Translations under genes and position numbers: made by a program
Notes under the pieces: model-generated
Databases searched by the model: none
The model's input: only the letters and a program-made list of their open reading frames with translations
What the model was told of the DNA's origin: nothing
In this document: piece by piece, positions 10,026 through 19,694 of the stretch
How the letters are laid out: each line of letters opens with the position of its first letter
Position numbering within the stretch: the first letter of the stretch is position 1
Source of the DNA: an uncultured Collinsella sp.
Lineage (GTDB): Bacteria > Actinomycetota > Coriobacteriia > Coriobacteriales > Coriobacteriaceae
Direction: 5' to 3'
Assembly (NCBI GenBank): GCA_902494935.1
Contig: CABUVH010000001.1
Coordinates: forward strand, 1-54,612
DNA: 54,612 bases

Positions 10026-10119
10026 CTACTGTAGCAACAACCAAGCAGCCCACGCAATCCAGCCCACTAAAGCGTCGGCAGAGTAAACCTCGATGTTTCG
10101 TCGATGTCACGCTGTTGCA

Positions 10120-12309
10120 CTAAATAAGTTTCGTGCTTTCAAGCTTTTCGATGATCCAGTCGTTGGCTTTGATGACCGGACGGCGGAAGACCACGCCCAG
10201 CGCCAGCGACGGAATCAGATAGCTCGCCAGAATGCCCAACTCAATCCAGTACTCCATATGGTAGGCACCGGCCATGGCGGCATGCATGGCGTTGATGCCG
10301 TGGGTAAACGGCAGGAACGGATATATCGCCTGGAACACGGGACCGGTCATCTCGATGGGGAACGTGCCGCCCGAACCGCCGACCTGCATAACCAACAACA
10401 CGACAGCGAGTGCCTTGCCGATATCGCCAAACGACACCGTAAGCGTGTAGACGATATTGGAGAACACGAGACTCGCGACCCAGCCCGCCAGCACAAACTG
10501 CAGCGGGTTGTCGCACTGGATGCCAAAGAACAGGATGTCGCCCGCGCACACGAGCGTTGCCTGCAGCAAGGCCAGACCGCCAAAGAACAGGTAGCGACCC
10601 AAGTAGATCTCGTGCAGGCGCACGGGGATGAGCTCGTTGATGAGCTCATCATCAACCGAGACCTTCATCATGGCCGCCAGTACGATCGAGCCGACCCATA
10701 GCGACAGAATCGTGTAGAACGGCGCCATGGCAGAGCCGTAATTGCGGATTGGATAGACCGGCTTGCGGTCGAGTGCGACAGGGCCGGAAAGCGACACGGC
10801 CAAACCATCGGGGTCGTTGCCGATCATCGTCTTGATCGTGGCCAGATCGTCCGACATAAGGGCACCATCGAGCTCGTCCTTGAAAGCGCTAATCTTGTCC
10901 GCCGCCTCGCCCAGCTGGTCAGAAGCCTTGTTGACGAGCTTTGCAGCCTTAGAGAGGCCCTTTGCCAGCGAACCGGATGCGTCGGTCAGACCGTCTACGG
11001 CACTATCCAGATCGCCCGAGATACCGTTGAGTGAATCCAGAACGCCCGAAATAGTCTTCTTGAGTTCTTTGGCCTTGACCGAAAACGTAGAGTCGTAGTC
11101 AGTCTTGGCGCCCGAGATACCAGCCTTGGCATCCGCGATTGCCTGATCGACCTCGGCACGCGACTTGTTAACTTCTGCCATGCTGTCAGAAAGGGACTTT
11201 GCGGTTGCCGTCAGGTCCTTGGCGTTATTGCGATACTCCACCGCGATTCTGCTCAGCGATGTTGCCACAGACTTGAGGCTGTCCTGGAGCTTTTCGTCAG
11301 TCACCTGATCGGCAAAGCTGCGGAGCTGGTCGGCCGTGGCGTCGATATCGTCGGCACGCGTGTTGAGCGCCGCCGCGGCATCGTTGAGCTGGGACACTGT
11401 AAGGTCGACATGTTGATTCGCGGCATCAAATGCCTTCGCAAGCTCGGCGGACACGTTGTCAAACGAGCCCGCGCTTCCGTCAATCGCGGCGTTGATGGCG
11501 TCGTTGGCGTCCTTCAGCGCTTCCTTGGAATCGCTCATGCCGCTCTTGGCATGCTCCATCAGCTGCTTAGTCGACTCATCGACCGTGCCCGTCTGCTTGA
11601 GCATACCGCCCGCCGACGTCAGCGAATCGGACGTGGAACTCAAAATGCCCGCCAGCGACATTGCGCTGGCCTGAACGTCTTGCAGGTCCTGGACCGAATC
11701 GCCGAGCGTCGAGGACAGGTTGGCGATAAAGTTGCTCACTTGATCGGTGCTCATGTAGTCGAGCAGGCTGGACACGGTTTTAAGACCGATGGTCGTAATG
11801 GTCTTGGTAAAGGTCTCGTTGACTTGGCTCTGGACGGCACTCGACCCTTTCTCGGTCACGATCTGGGCAATGGCGTTGGCCTTCTGATTCTCGTAGAACT
11901 CGATATCGGCATGCTTCACGTCGGTCGAAAAGAGCGTCATCATATCGGCACTAAACGTCTTAGGGATAACGACAGCCGCATAGTATGCGCCCGATTTGAC
12001 GCCCTCGATGGCCTTTTCTCGATTGTTGAGTACAACCCAATCGAAGCTCTCGTTGCCGCGCAGGGTGGCGGTCACGTTTTCACCCACGTTGACCTCAACG
12101 GGGATCAGATCGCTCTCGTAACCCTCATCGGTGTTGACCACGGCGATCTTAAGATTGCCGGTGTTGCCGTACGGGTCCCAGCTGCCGGCGATGTTAAACC
12201 ACGCGTACAGGCACGGTACGATAACGAGGCCCATCACGACAACCAAGCCGATTACGGAGCGAGACACATTTTGGACATCGCGCTTAAACAGATGCAGGAT
12301 GTTCTTCAT
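10120..12309 (-). CDS. YhgE/Pip domain membrane protein
   Basis: PCLYAWFNIAGSWDPYGNT, YYAAVVIP, long heptad-rich helical region, NYGSAMAPFY, GSGGTFPIE, PFTHGINAM. Confidence 0.92.
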   Translation of the reverse strand: MKNILHLFKRDVQNVSRSVIGLVVVMGLVIVPCLYAWFNIAGSWDPYGNTGNLKIAVVNTDEGYESDLIPVEVNVGENVTATLRGNESFDWVVLNNREKAIEGVKSGAYYAAVVIPKTFSADMMTLFSTDVKHADIEFYENQKANAIAQIVTEKGSSAVQSQVNETFTKTITTIGLKTVSSLLDYMSTDQVSNFIANLSSTLGDSVQDLQDVQASAMSLAGILSSTSDSLTSAGGMLKQTGTVDESTKQLMEHAKSGMSDSKEALKDANDAINAAIDGSAGSFDNVSAELAKAFDAANQHVDLTVSQLNDAAAALNTRADDIDATADQLRSFADQVTDEKLQDSLKSVATSLSRIAVEYRNNAKDLTATAKSLSDSMAEVNKSRAEVDQAIADAKAGISGAKTDYDSTFSVKAKELKKTISGVLDSLNGISGDLDSAVDGLTDASGSLAKGLSKAAKLVNKASDQLGEAADKISAFKDELDGALMSDDLATIKTMIGNDPDGLAVSLSGPVALDRKPVYPIRNYGSAMAPFYTILSLWVGSIVLAAMMKVSVDDELINELIPVRLHEIYLGRYLFFGGLALLQATLVCAGDILFFGIQCDNPLQFVLAGWVASLVFSNIVYTLTVSFGDIGKALAVVLLVMQVGGSGGTFPIEMTGPVFQAIYPFLPFTHGINAMHAAMAGAYHMEYWIELGILASYLIPSLALGVVFRRPVIKANDWIIEKLESTKLI

Positions 12310-15090
12310 TTATGCCTCACCTCCTTTGGAGTGCTTGCCAAGCGCGGTGGTATCTCCATCATTTGTGGCTGTGCTGTCGCTGCCCTGAGATTTATGGTTC
12401 GAGCCTATATGCGGCAAGCGGCCCGTGGACTGATCGCCGCCCTTGGCACCACGCTCGCTGGCGTTGAGACCAAACATGCGACGGGCGGCAGGGATGGCAG
12501 CCGTGTGCTCGCGCATCTCGCGGCGAAGGTCCTCGTCCGAAAGCGCCGAGATACGCATCTGGGTATTGAGGCTCGCACGGATGTACTCGATGTTGATGAG
12601 CCAGCCACAGATGGCGATAACCGAAATGATCCAGATAACGAGCAGGATGATCTTGCCGTTATTGTCGATATCGAGCACCGTCGAAAGCACAAAGAGCAGA
12701 ACCTGCACGCCTACCACGGCGGCAAAACCGCCCTTGATGTAGTACGGGTAGCGATGCTCAAACGCCACGGCATGATCGAGCAGCTCGCGACGGTACGAAT
12801 CCGAATCGAGCATGACGCGCATGGCCGTGCGCAGCGAATAGCGCTGGCGCGGCAGGTCGTTGGACTCGCAGATCATGAGGCCCGTCGTGGAAAGCTGCTT
12901 ATCAAAGAGCAGATTGAGGTTGAGCAGCAACGGGCGCAGCTGCAGACCGATAAAGAGCGCCACGATCAGGAACACGCCCAGGATGCACAGGTTGAACAGG
13001 TAGTTGAACGAATACATGCCACCGACGGTCTCGCGCAGCAGGTTGATGCCATAGGTGAAGGGCAGCAGCGGGTGCAGCCATTGGAAGAAGCCGGGCATCA
13101 TCTCGATGGGATACATGCCCGACGAACCCGGAATCTGCACGATAACGAGAATGACACCGATAGCCTTGCCGATATGCTTAAACGTGGTGGACAGCGCATA
13201 GATGATGTTGACGTAGGTGAACGAGATAGCGATGCCGCCCAGCACGAACAGCAGCGGGTTGACGCACTGCACGCCAATCACCAAATCGCCCACCGTAACG
13301 ATGATGGCCTGGAACGCACCCAGGATCACCATCAGCAGCCAGCGGCCAAAGTAGCCCTGACGCGCCGTAAAGCTACCGATGCCCTCGCGGTCGACCTCGA
13401 GCTTGTAGATAGCGATGAGCACATAGCCGCCTACCCACAGCGCCAGATTGGTGTAGAAGGGCGCGATGCCCGAGCCAAAGCTCTTGACCGGATAGATTGA
13501 CTTGGACGTCAGCTCAACCGGAGATGCCATGAAATCTGCCACGTCATTGACGTCGACGTCCATGAGGTCGGCTAACTCGCCCATAGACTCAGAGGTCTGC
13601 AGCGCCGCAATGTCATTAGCGGCGGTCGCGAGCTTGTCCTGAACCTTGGCAAGAGAGGCATCGGTTTGAGACAGCGTGGTCTTTGCCTGCTTGAGCGTGG
13701 CGTCGAGCTGCGCCAGCGTGCCGCGCGCGCTCGCTATCGTGGGGGTCATACCCGATACAATGCCGGTCAAATCGCCCGAAACGGCGGCAAAGGAGTCCAG
13801 CGCGCTCGAAGCCTTCGGCAGTGCGTTCTGCCCCAGATCGGTCTGAGCCTGACCGAGGTTAGCCGTACCGGTCTGAATTGCCGTGTTGAGTGGTTTGCTC
13901 GCGTTCGAGATTGCCGTAGCGTCGTTTGCCATGGCGCGCGACTGTGCAGAAAGGCCATCCTTAATGCTCTGCAGCTTCTGGTTTTGCTCGCGAAGCGAAT
14001 TGATGGTCGACGCGATGAGCGCATCGGCGTTCTCCGATCCCGTCGACGTATCGTTAACGAGAATCTGCAGGCGCTCGATAACAGCGCTGTTGTGGTCAAT
14101 CGTCGCCTGAAGGGATTCGAGCGAGTTGTCGATTCGAGTGGTCGTGGACGTAACCGTACCGGTAAGCCTGCCAATCGCGGCGTTCGCAGAAGCCGATGTC
14201 TTACTCAGCACGATGCTGCCCTCCGAAAGTGCCTTGGAGAGCGAGGTGATGGACTTGCCAGCCGTGGTGCGAGCTTCGCCCAGCAGATCATTACCCTGAG
14301 CGATTGCCTGCGTTAGCGAAGGCGCCTGTCCCTGCAGGCCCGCCAACGCAGCATCGGCCGAAGCAATCGAGCTGCTTGTCTTGTCGATGGCGGTGTTCAT
14401 GTCGCCGATGGAATCACGTACTTCGCCCAGGGTATCAGACGCTTCGGACACCGAACCAGCCAGCGAATCCTGGGTCTGGGTCGCTTTGTCCTTTAAATCG
14501 ACTCCGGCATCTTTCGCGATTCCGGCAACAGTCTCGCCCACCGTGGAGACAAACTCCGAGTTGATCTGCTCCTCGATGGTGTTGGCACCGGTATCGGTGA
14601 CCTTGGGCGCAATGGCGCTCTTTTTCTCGTTGACGTAATAGGTGAGCTTCGGCTGATGGTAATTGCCGTCGAGCATCGAGACGAGATTGTCGGAGAAGTT
14701 CTTGGGAATCACGATGGCAGCATAGTATTCGCCACTTTCGACGCCCTCTTTGGCATCTGCCGCCGAGTCGACGAAGGTCCAGCCAAGCTGGTCGTTCTCC
14801 TTGAGCTGGTCGACCACCTTATCGCCTGCGTTGAGCTCTCCCACTAGGTCGTTCTGGGTGCCCTGATCGTTGTTGGCGATGGCGATTTTAATGCCCTGGG
14901 TATTTCCGTACGGATCCCAGTTTGCAACGATGTTGTACCAGGCATACAGCGAGGGAATGACGCACACGCCCAGGGTGACCACCAGGGCGACGGGATTCAT
15001 AAGCAGTCGCTTAATGTCGCGCTTAAATATCGCAAAGGAGACCTTTGCGTTGGATAGTTTGCTGCCGAGACTCACGCTTGGACCATCCAT
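12310..15090 (-). CDS. YhgE/Pip domain membrane protein (paralogue with C-terminal extension)
   Basis: PSLYAWYNIVANWDPYGNT, YYVNEKKSAIAPKVT, FGSGIAPFY, GSSGMYPIE; stop abuts the next start. Confidence 0.92.
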   Translation of the reverse strand: MDGPSVSLGSKLSNAKVSFAIFKRDIKRLLMNPVALVVTLGVCVIPSLYAWYNIVANWDPYGNTQGIKIAIANNDQGTQNDLVGELNAGDKVVDQLKENDQLGWTFVDSAADAKEGVESGEYYAAIVIPKNFSDNLVSMLDGNYHQPKLTYYVNEKKSAIAPKVTDTGANTIEEQINSEFVSTVGETVAGIAKDAGVDLKDKATQTQDSLAGSVSEASDTLGEVRDSIGDMNTAIDKTSSSIASADAALAGLQGQAPSLTQAIAQGNDLLGEARTTAGKSITSLSKALSEGSIVLSKTSASANAAIGRLTGTVTSTTTRIDNSLESLQATIDHNSAVIERLQILVNDTSTGSENADALIASTINSLREQNQKLQSIKDGLSAQSRAMANDATAISNASKPLNTAIQTGTANLGQAQTDLGQNALPKASSALDSFAAVSGDLTGIVSGMTPTIASARGTLAQLDATLKQAKTTLSQTDASLAKVQDKLATAANDIAALQTSESMGELADLMDVDVNDVADFMASPVELTSKSIYPVKSFGSGIAPFYTNLALWVGGYVLIAIYKLEVDREGIGSFTARQGYFGRWLLMVILGAFQAIIVTVGDLVIGVQCVNPLLFVLGGIAISFTYVNIIYALSTTFKHIGKAIGVILVIVQIPGSSGMYPIEMMPGFFQWLHPLLPFTYGINLLRETVGGMYSFNYLFNLCILGVFLIVALFIGLQLRPLLLNLNLLFDKQLSTTGLMICESNDLPRQRYSLRTAMRVMLDSDSYRRELLDHAVAFEHRYPYYIKGGFAAVVGVQVLLFVLSTVLDIDNNGKIILLVIWIISVIAICGWLINIEYIRASLNTQMRISALSDEDLRREMREHTAAIPAARRMFGLNASERGAKGGDQSTGRLPHIGSNHKSQGSDSTATNDGDTTALGKHSKGGEA

Positions 15091-15278
15091 CCTGTCGTTG
15101 AATCAAATCGTACTATCGACAACCATTGTACGTAGGCGCTTTAGCGTCTCAGGGCACAATGGTATTGAGTTTTGCGGGTAGCAATATACTACGAAGACGA
15201 ATTAACGTACAGTTGTACAGTATCTTAAATTTCAGCAGGTCACAAAACCACAACCCGCACAAATTAGCAATTCAAATA

Positions 15279-15331
15279 GCATCGGGGACGTTCTTAAACG
15301 ACTAGTCAAACAAAAACGCCCCCAATGACTA
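15279..15331. repeat. Degenerate GGGGAC-loop palindromic element
   Basis: GGGGACGTTCTTAAACGAC then TAGTCA-AACAAAAACGCCCCC-AA-TGACTA. Confidence 0.55.
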
Positions 15332-15374
15332 CTTAGGACCACGAAAGCGTCGCTGGTTGAGCATAAGTCAGCGA

Positions 15375-15472
15375 AAACGCCCCTAAGCGAGCAAGGTGAC
15401 GCGAAAGAGGAGGGAAGCGTACTTCGGTACGCGACCGACGATTGAACGTCAGATTGCCGCTTAGGGGCGTTT
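15375..15472. repeat. 98-bp interrupted palindrome with purine-rich internal loop and C(TTCG)G apex
   Basis: AAACGCCCCTAAGCG/CGCTTAGGGGCGTTT, GCAA/TTGC, TGACG/CGTCA, GCGTAC-TTCG-GTACGC. Confidence 0.75.
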
Positions 15473-15520
15473 GCAGCGTCGAGCTGTTACGCGGTTTGGT
15501 AAAACCGCGTAACTACCTAA

Positions 15521-17545
15521 CTACATCAAGTTGCAGACAGCCGCCGCGAAGGCCACGGGGTCCTCGGGTAGAATGCCCTCGACCAGCAGGGCCTGGTCAT
15601 AGAGCAGGCCGGAGTACTGCTTGATCTTGTCGGTGTCGCCCGCCTTCTGGGCAGCGACGAGCTTGGCAAAGACCGGGTGCTTGGCGTTGAGCTCGAGCAC
15701 GCGCTGGCTCTTGGGCATACCGTCGGGCGCGCCCTCGGGACCCTTCTGGAGCACCTTCTCCATCTCGAGCGAAAGCGGGCCCTCGGTGGTGATGCACGCG
15801 GGAGCATCGGTCAGGCGCGCAGAGACGGCGACCTTCTCGACCTTGTCGTCGAGCGCCTCCTTCATGGCGCTAAAGAGGTCCTCGTTCTCCTTGGTGGCGT
15901 CCTCGGCCTCCTTCTTCTCGTCCTCGGTCGCCAGGTCAAGATCACCGGTCGCGACGTTCTTGAGCTCCAAGTGACGATCCTCGACCTCGGGCTCAGCACC
16001 GTCGGCAACGGCCTTCTCGGCAGCCTCGCGGGCAGCATCGTCCTCGTAGATCTTGGGCATATCGGCGGCAACGTACTCACGCATGGCCTGGAACGTGAAC
16101 TCATCCACATCCTGCGTCAGCAGCAGCACGTCATAGCCGCGGTCGAGCACGCCCTTTACCACGGGCATCTTGGCCAAGCGCTCACGCGAGTCGCCGGCGG
16201 CGTAGTAAATGGCCTTCTGATCCTCGGGCATGCCCTTGGCATACTCGGCCAGGGTAATCATCTTCTGCTCCTTGGCAGACCAGAACAGCAGCAGGTCGGC
16301 GAGCTCATCGGCCTTCATGCCATAGCTCGAGTAGATGCCGTACTTAAGACCGCGGCCAAAGTTCTCAAAGAACTTCTCGTAGGCCTCGCGGTCGTTGTCA
16401 CGCATATCCTCAAGGTCAGCGGTGATCTTCTTTTCCACACGCTTGGCGATGGCCTTGAGCTGACGGTTCTGCTGCAGCGTCTCACGCGAAATATTGAGCG
16501 TCACGTCGGCGGAATCCACGACGCCGCGCACAAAGTTGTAGTAGTCGGGCAGCAGGTCGTCGCACTTCTCCATGATCAGCACGTTGGAGCTGTAGAGCGC
16601 CAGGCCCTTCTCGTAGTCCTTACTGTACAGATCGAACGGCGCGCGGCCCGGCACAAACAGCAGGGCGTCATACTCGAGCGTGCCCTCAGCATGGAAGCTG
16701 ATGGTGCGCGCCGGATCGTCAAAGTCGTGGAACGTGGACTTGTAGAACTCGTTGTAATCCTTCTGTTCAACGTCGGAGCTGCGCTTCTTCCAGATTGGCG
16801 TCATGGAGTTGATGGTCTCGAGCTCCTGGTAGTCCTCGTACTCGGGCTTGTAATCATCCGGCGCGTCCTCGGGCTTGGGTTTCTGGCGGCTCTTGCTCAC
16901 CATCATCTGAATCGGGTAGCGCACATAGTTGCTGTACTGCTGAATCAGGCTCTTGAGGCCCCACTCGGTCAGGAAGCGATCGTAGGTCTCGGCCTCGCCG
17001 TCGGCGTCGAGCTTCTCGTTCTCACGCAGCGTCAGAATGACATCGGTACCGTGCTCGGCGCGCTCGCCATCCTCGATGGTGTAACCCTCAAGACCGTCGG
17101 ACTCCCAAACGTGGGCGGTATCCTCGCCATAGGCGCGGCTCACGACCTTCACATGGCTGGCGACCATAAAGGCCGAGTAGAAGCCCACGCCAAACTGACC
17201 GATAATGTCCACATCGGAGCCCTGCTGCTCGGCGTTCTCGGTCTTAAACTCCTCGGAGCCGGAATGGGCGATGGTGCCCAGGTTGCGCTCGAGCTCCTCG
17301 GCGGTCATGCCAATGCCGTTATCCGAGATGGTAATGGTGCGGGCGTCTTTATCAAAGGAGACGCGAATAGCCAGGTCGCCCTGATCGAGCTTGACACTCG
17401 GGTCCTGCAGGCTCTTAAAGTTGAGCTTGTCGACGGCGTCGCTCGCGTTAGAGATAAGCTCGCGCAGGAAGATTTCCTTATTGGTGTAGATGGAGTTGAT
17501 CATAAGGTCGAGCAGTTTTTTGCTCTCGGTCTTAAATTGACGCAT
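15521..17545 (-). CDS. htpG: Molecular chaperone HtpG (Hsp90)
   Basis: NKEIFLRELISNASDA, DNGIGMT, NLGTIAHSG, IGQFGVGFYSAF, LNISRETLQ. Confidence 0.97.
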   Translation of the reverse strand: MRQFKTESKKLLDLMINSIYTNKEIFLRELISNASDAVDKLNFKSLQDPSVKLDQGDLAIRVSFDKDARTITISDNGIGMTAEELERNLGTIAHSGSEEFKTENAEQQGSDVDIIGQFGVGFYSAFMVASHVKVVSRAYGEDTAHVWESDGLEGYTIEDGERAEHGTDVILTLRENEKLDADGEAETYDRFLTEWGLKSLIQQYSNYVRYPIQMMVSKSRQKPKPEDAPDDYKPEYEDYQELETINSMTPIWKKRSSDVEQKDYNEFYKSTFHDFDDPARTISFHAEGTLEYDALLFVPGRAPFDLYSKDYEKGLALYSSNVLIMEKCDDLLPDYYNFVRGVVDSADVTLNISRETLQQNRQLKAIAKRVEKKITADLEDMRDNDREAYEKFFENFGRGLKYGIYSSYGMKADELADLLLFWSAKEQKMITLAEYAKGMPEDQKAIYYAAGDSRERLAKMPVVKGVLDRGYDVLLLTQDVDEFTFQAMREYVAADMPKIYEDDAAREAAEKAVADGAEPEVEDRHLELKNVATGDLDLATEDEKKEAEDATKENEDLFSAMKEALDDKVEKVAVSARLTDAPACITTEGPLSLEMEKVLQKGPEGAPDGMPKSQRVLELNAKHPVFAKLVAAQKAGDTDKIKQYSGLLYDQALLVEGILPEDPVAFAAAVCNLM

Positions 17546-17728
17546 GTGCAGTCCTTTCGCGCTACCCCCGTCCGCAAAAACGGCCCGGTTGCCCGAGCCG
17601 CATCGCAGACCTGCTATGTTCAGACTTAGATTTTATAACCCATTAGCGCGCATATATACATACGGAATCGAAAAACTGTATGTCAGAGCGCTCTGAAGCG
17701 CCAATTGCCAAGGAGTGCCCCAACTGCC

Positions 17729-17755
17729 GGCAGAAAAGGAACGTCCCTATCTGCC
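17729..17755. repeat. Single GGGAC-loop hairpin unit overlapping the GNAT stop codon
   Basis: GGCAGA-AAAGGAACGTCCCTA-TCTGCC. Confidence 0.5.
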
Positions 17756-18247
17756 ATCAACGCGCTTGGCCATCCAGACATGGGGCTGTCCCTCGTCTTC
17801 GTAGTCTACCGGGGCAATTTGCGTGTAGCCCGCCTTTACATAGAGCGGCAGCACGTATTCCTGCGCATGCAGCTTAATAAGTTTAGCGCCGGCATCGCGT
17901 GCACACGCAGCGCTGGCCTCGACGATCACACTCGCCAGTCCGCGACGACGCATAGCCGGCAGCACGGCGACGCGCCCCATAATGTAGGTCTCCCCCGCCG
18001 CAACGTCTTCGTCCATGTCACATGCCGGCGACACCGGGGCTTCCGCATCTGCCGCGCGCTCCAGCTCCTCGGGAAACACGCGCGAGCAGCCGGCGAGTTG
18101 ACCATCCACATACAGCGTCACATGAATGCAGCTCGAGGCCTCATCGATCTGGTCGAACTCGATTTCATAACCCTGTTCGTCCACAAAGACGGCGCGGCGC
18201 ACCAGCGCCGCGTCATCAAAGCATCCCGTCTTAAGTTGGATATCCAT
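17747..18247 (-). CDS. GNAT family N-acetyltransferase (ElaA/YjcF-like)
   Basis: VRRAVFVDEQG, MGRVAVLPAMRRRGLA, LHAQ, LYVKAGY, EDEGQPHVWM. Confidence 0.88.
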   Translation of the reverse strand: MDIQLKTGCFDDAALVRRAVFVDEQGYEIEFDQIDEASSCIHVTLYVDGQLAGCSRVFPEELERAADAEAPVSPACDMDEDVAAGETYIMGRVAVLPAMRRRGLASVIVEASAACARDAGAKLIKLHAQEYVLPLYVKAGYTQIAPVDYEDEGQPHVWMAKRVDGR

Positions 18248-18286
18248 GGCTGCCCCTTCATTCAATGCGAACGTTAGGGACAGATT

Positions 18287-18937
18287 TTAGCGAAAATGGG
18301 CTCCGCGCACGCTAAACTTCGCGCGAGCCTTCGCCAGGCAGTCGTAATGACCCACGTTATGGGCATCGCTCGCGATGAAGCTGTACAGGTTCTGATCGAA
18401 CAGGCGCTGTGCCGGCTTTTTCTCGCGACCAAAGCGACCGCCGGCAATAAAGTCCGCCGAAGCCTGCAGCTTGCAGCCCATATCGACCAGGCGCTCCGCC
18501 ACGCTTACATCCTTTTGAACCGCACGATAGCGCTCAGGATGAGCGATGATCACCTGGTAGCCACGGCACTGCAAATCGTAAATCGTGTTCTCGTACTCTC
18601 TAAACGCATACGCATCGGCATGCGTCGAAAGCTCGAGCAGAAACTCGTTGGTCCCATCGAAATGCAAGTGCTCCGCGGCATCGATACCAAGCTCAACGAG
18701 CTTTCGATGGTTGACCTCGAAGCCCATCTGGAGCGGAAAACCGTCAGCGTTATCGCGCAGCAGCTCAAAGGCATCCCACATCTTGTCGTAATCAAAATAG
18801 GGATCACGGCAGTGAGGAGTGCAAACGATTCTGGTTACACCGGCCCGCTTGGCAGCCTCGAGCATCGCCAAGCTCTCATCGAGATCGGCGGCGCCGTCGT
18901 CTACACCCGGCAAGATATGGCAATGAATGTCACGCAT
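18287..18937 (-). CDS. cpsB: PHP-family tyrosine-protein phosphatase, CpsB/CapC type
   Basis: DIHCHILPGVDDG, TPH, AHPERY, ASDAH. Confidence 0.9.
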   Translation of the reverse strand: MRDIHCHILPGVDDGAADLDESLAMLEAAKRAGVTRIVCTPHCRDPYFDYDKMWDAFELLRDNADGFPLQMGFEVNHRKLVELGIDAAEHLHFDGTNEFLLELSTHADAYAFREYENTIYDLQCRGYQVIIAHPERYRAVQKDVSVAERLVDMGCKLQASADFIAGGRFGREKKPAQRLFDQNLYSFIASDAHNVGHYDCLAKARAKFSVRGAHFR

Positions 18938-18954
18938 AGGTCAGCCTTAATCAA

Positions 18955-19692
18955 CTAAACGTTTGCTCGGTTGGTGAAGATGCCCTTTTTGGAAGTCCCC
19001 TGATCGTCGGAGCCCTTCTTCACCTTCTTACCGTCCTTGGTGTAGTAGGAGTAGTAGTACTCGCTGGTCTCGGTCTCGCAGTAGTTCATAACGGTACCGA
19101 TGAGCTTGACCTTCTCGGACTTTTTAAGCTGACCGATGGCGTTGAGCGCCTCCTCGCGCTTGGTGAAATCCTCACGCACGACAAAAAGCGCGCCGTCGGT
19201 CAGACTTGCGATCTCGGCAGCATCGATGAAGGTGCCGACCGGGGGAGCATCAAAGATGACGTACTGGAACTTGGCGGACAGTGCCTTTACCAGCTTGGCA
19301 AAGCGGTGAGAGACGATGATGTCGGCAGGATTGGGAATGTGCGGCTCGGCATCGAGGAAGTAGAAATTCTTCTGACCTGTCTCGACAATCGCCTGGTCGA
19401 TAGAAACCTGCTCGGACAGGACTGCATAGAGTCCGCCGCGGGAGCGAACGCCGAGCATATCGGCAAGGGACCTGCGACGCATATCGGCCTCGACCAGGAG
19501 CACGGACTTGCCGCTGGTGGCGATAGCTTGGGCAAGGTTAATGGAAACCGTAGACTTGCCCTCGTTGGGAATCGAGGAGGTAACGGTGATGGTGCGAATG
19601 GGGTCGTCCACGCTCGCAAAGCGGATGTTGGCCAGAAGGGTCTTGGCGGCATTCTGCACAACGAGCTTGTCAGTGTTCTTTGCCTTAGCCAT
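18955..19692 (-). CDS. cpsD: BY-kinase CpsD/CapB (cytoplasmic tyrosine kinase)
   Basis: Walker A SSIPNEGKST, A' VEADMRR, B IFDAPP, C-terminal tyrosine cluster EYYYSYY. Confidence 0.92.
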   Translation of the reverse strand: MAKAKNTDKLVVQNAAKTLLANIRFASVDDPIRTITVTSSIPNEGKSTVSINLAQAIATSGKSVLLVEADMRRRSLADMLGVRSRGGLYAVLSEQVSIDQAIVETGQKNFYFLDAEPHIPNPADIIVSHRFAKLVKALSAKFQYVIFDAPPVGTFIDAAEIASLTDGALFVVREDFTKREEALNAIGQLKKSEKVKLIGTVMNYCETETSEYYYSYYTKDGKKVKKGSDDQGTSKKGIFTNRANV

Positions 19693-19694
19693 GC

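Noticed and set aside
758..17629. Long plus-strand ORFs (758-2182, 3240-5399, 5726-7015, 11410-13500, 15677-17629; likewise 31538-32950 and 37899-40373)
   Set aside because: Antisense shadows of well-supported minus-strand genes, expected from GC-rich codon bias; no recognisable motifs.
17546..17700. CIRCE or HAIR heat-shock operator upstream of htpG
   Set aside because: Only partial half-site resemblance (TTAGCGCGC); no complete inverted repeat.
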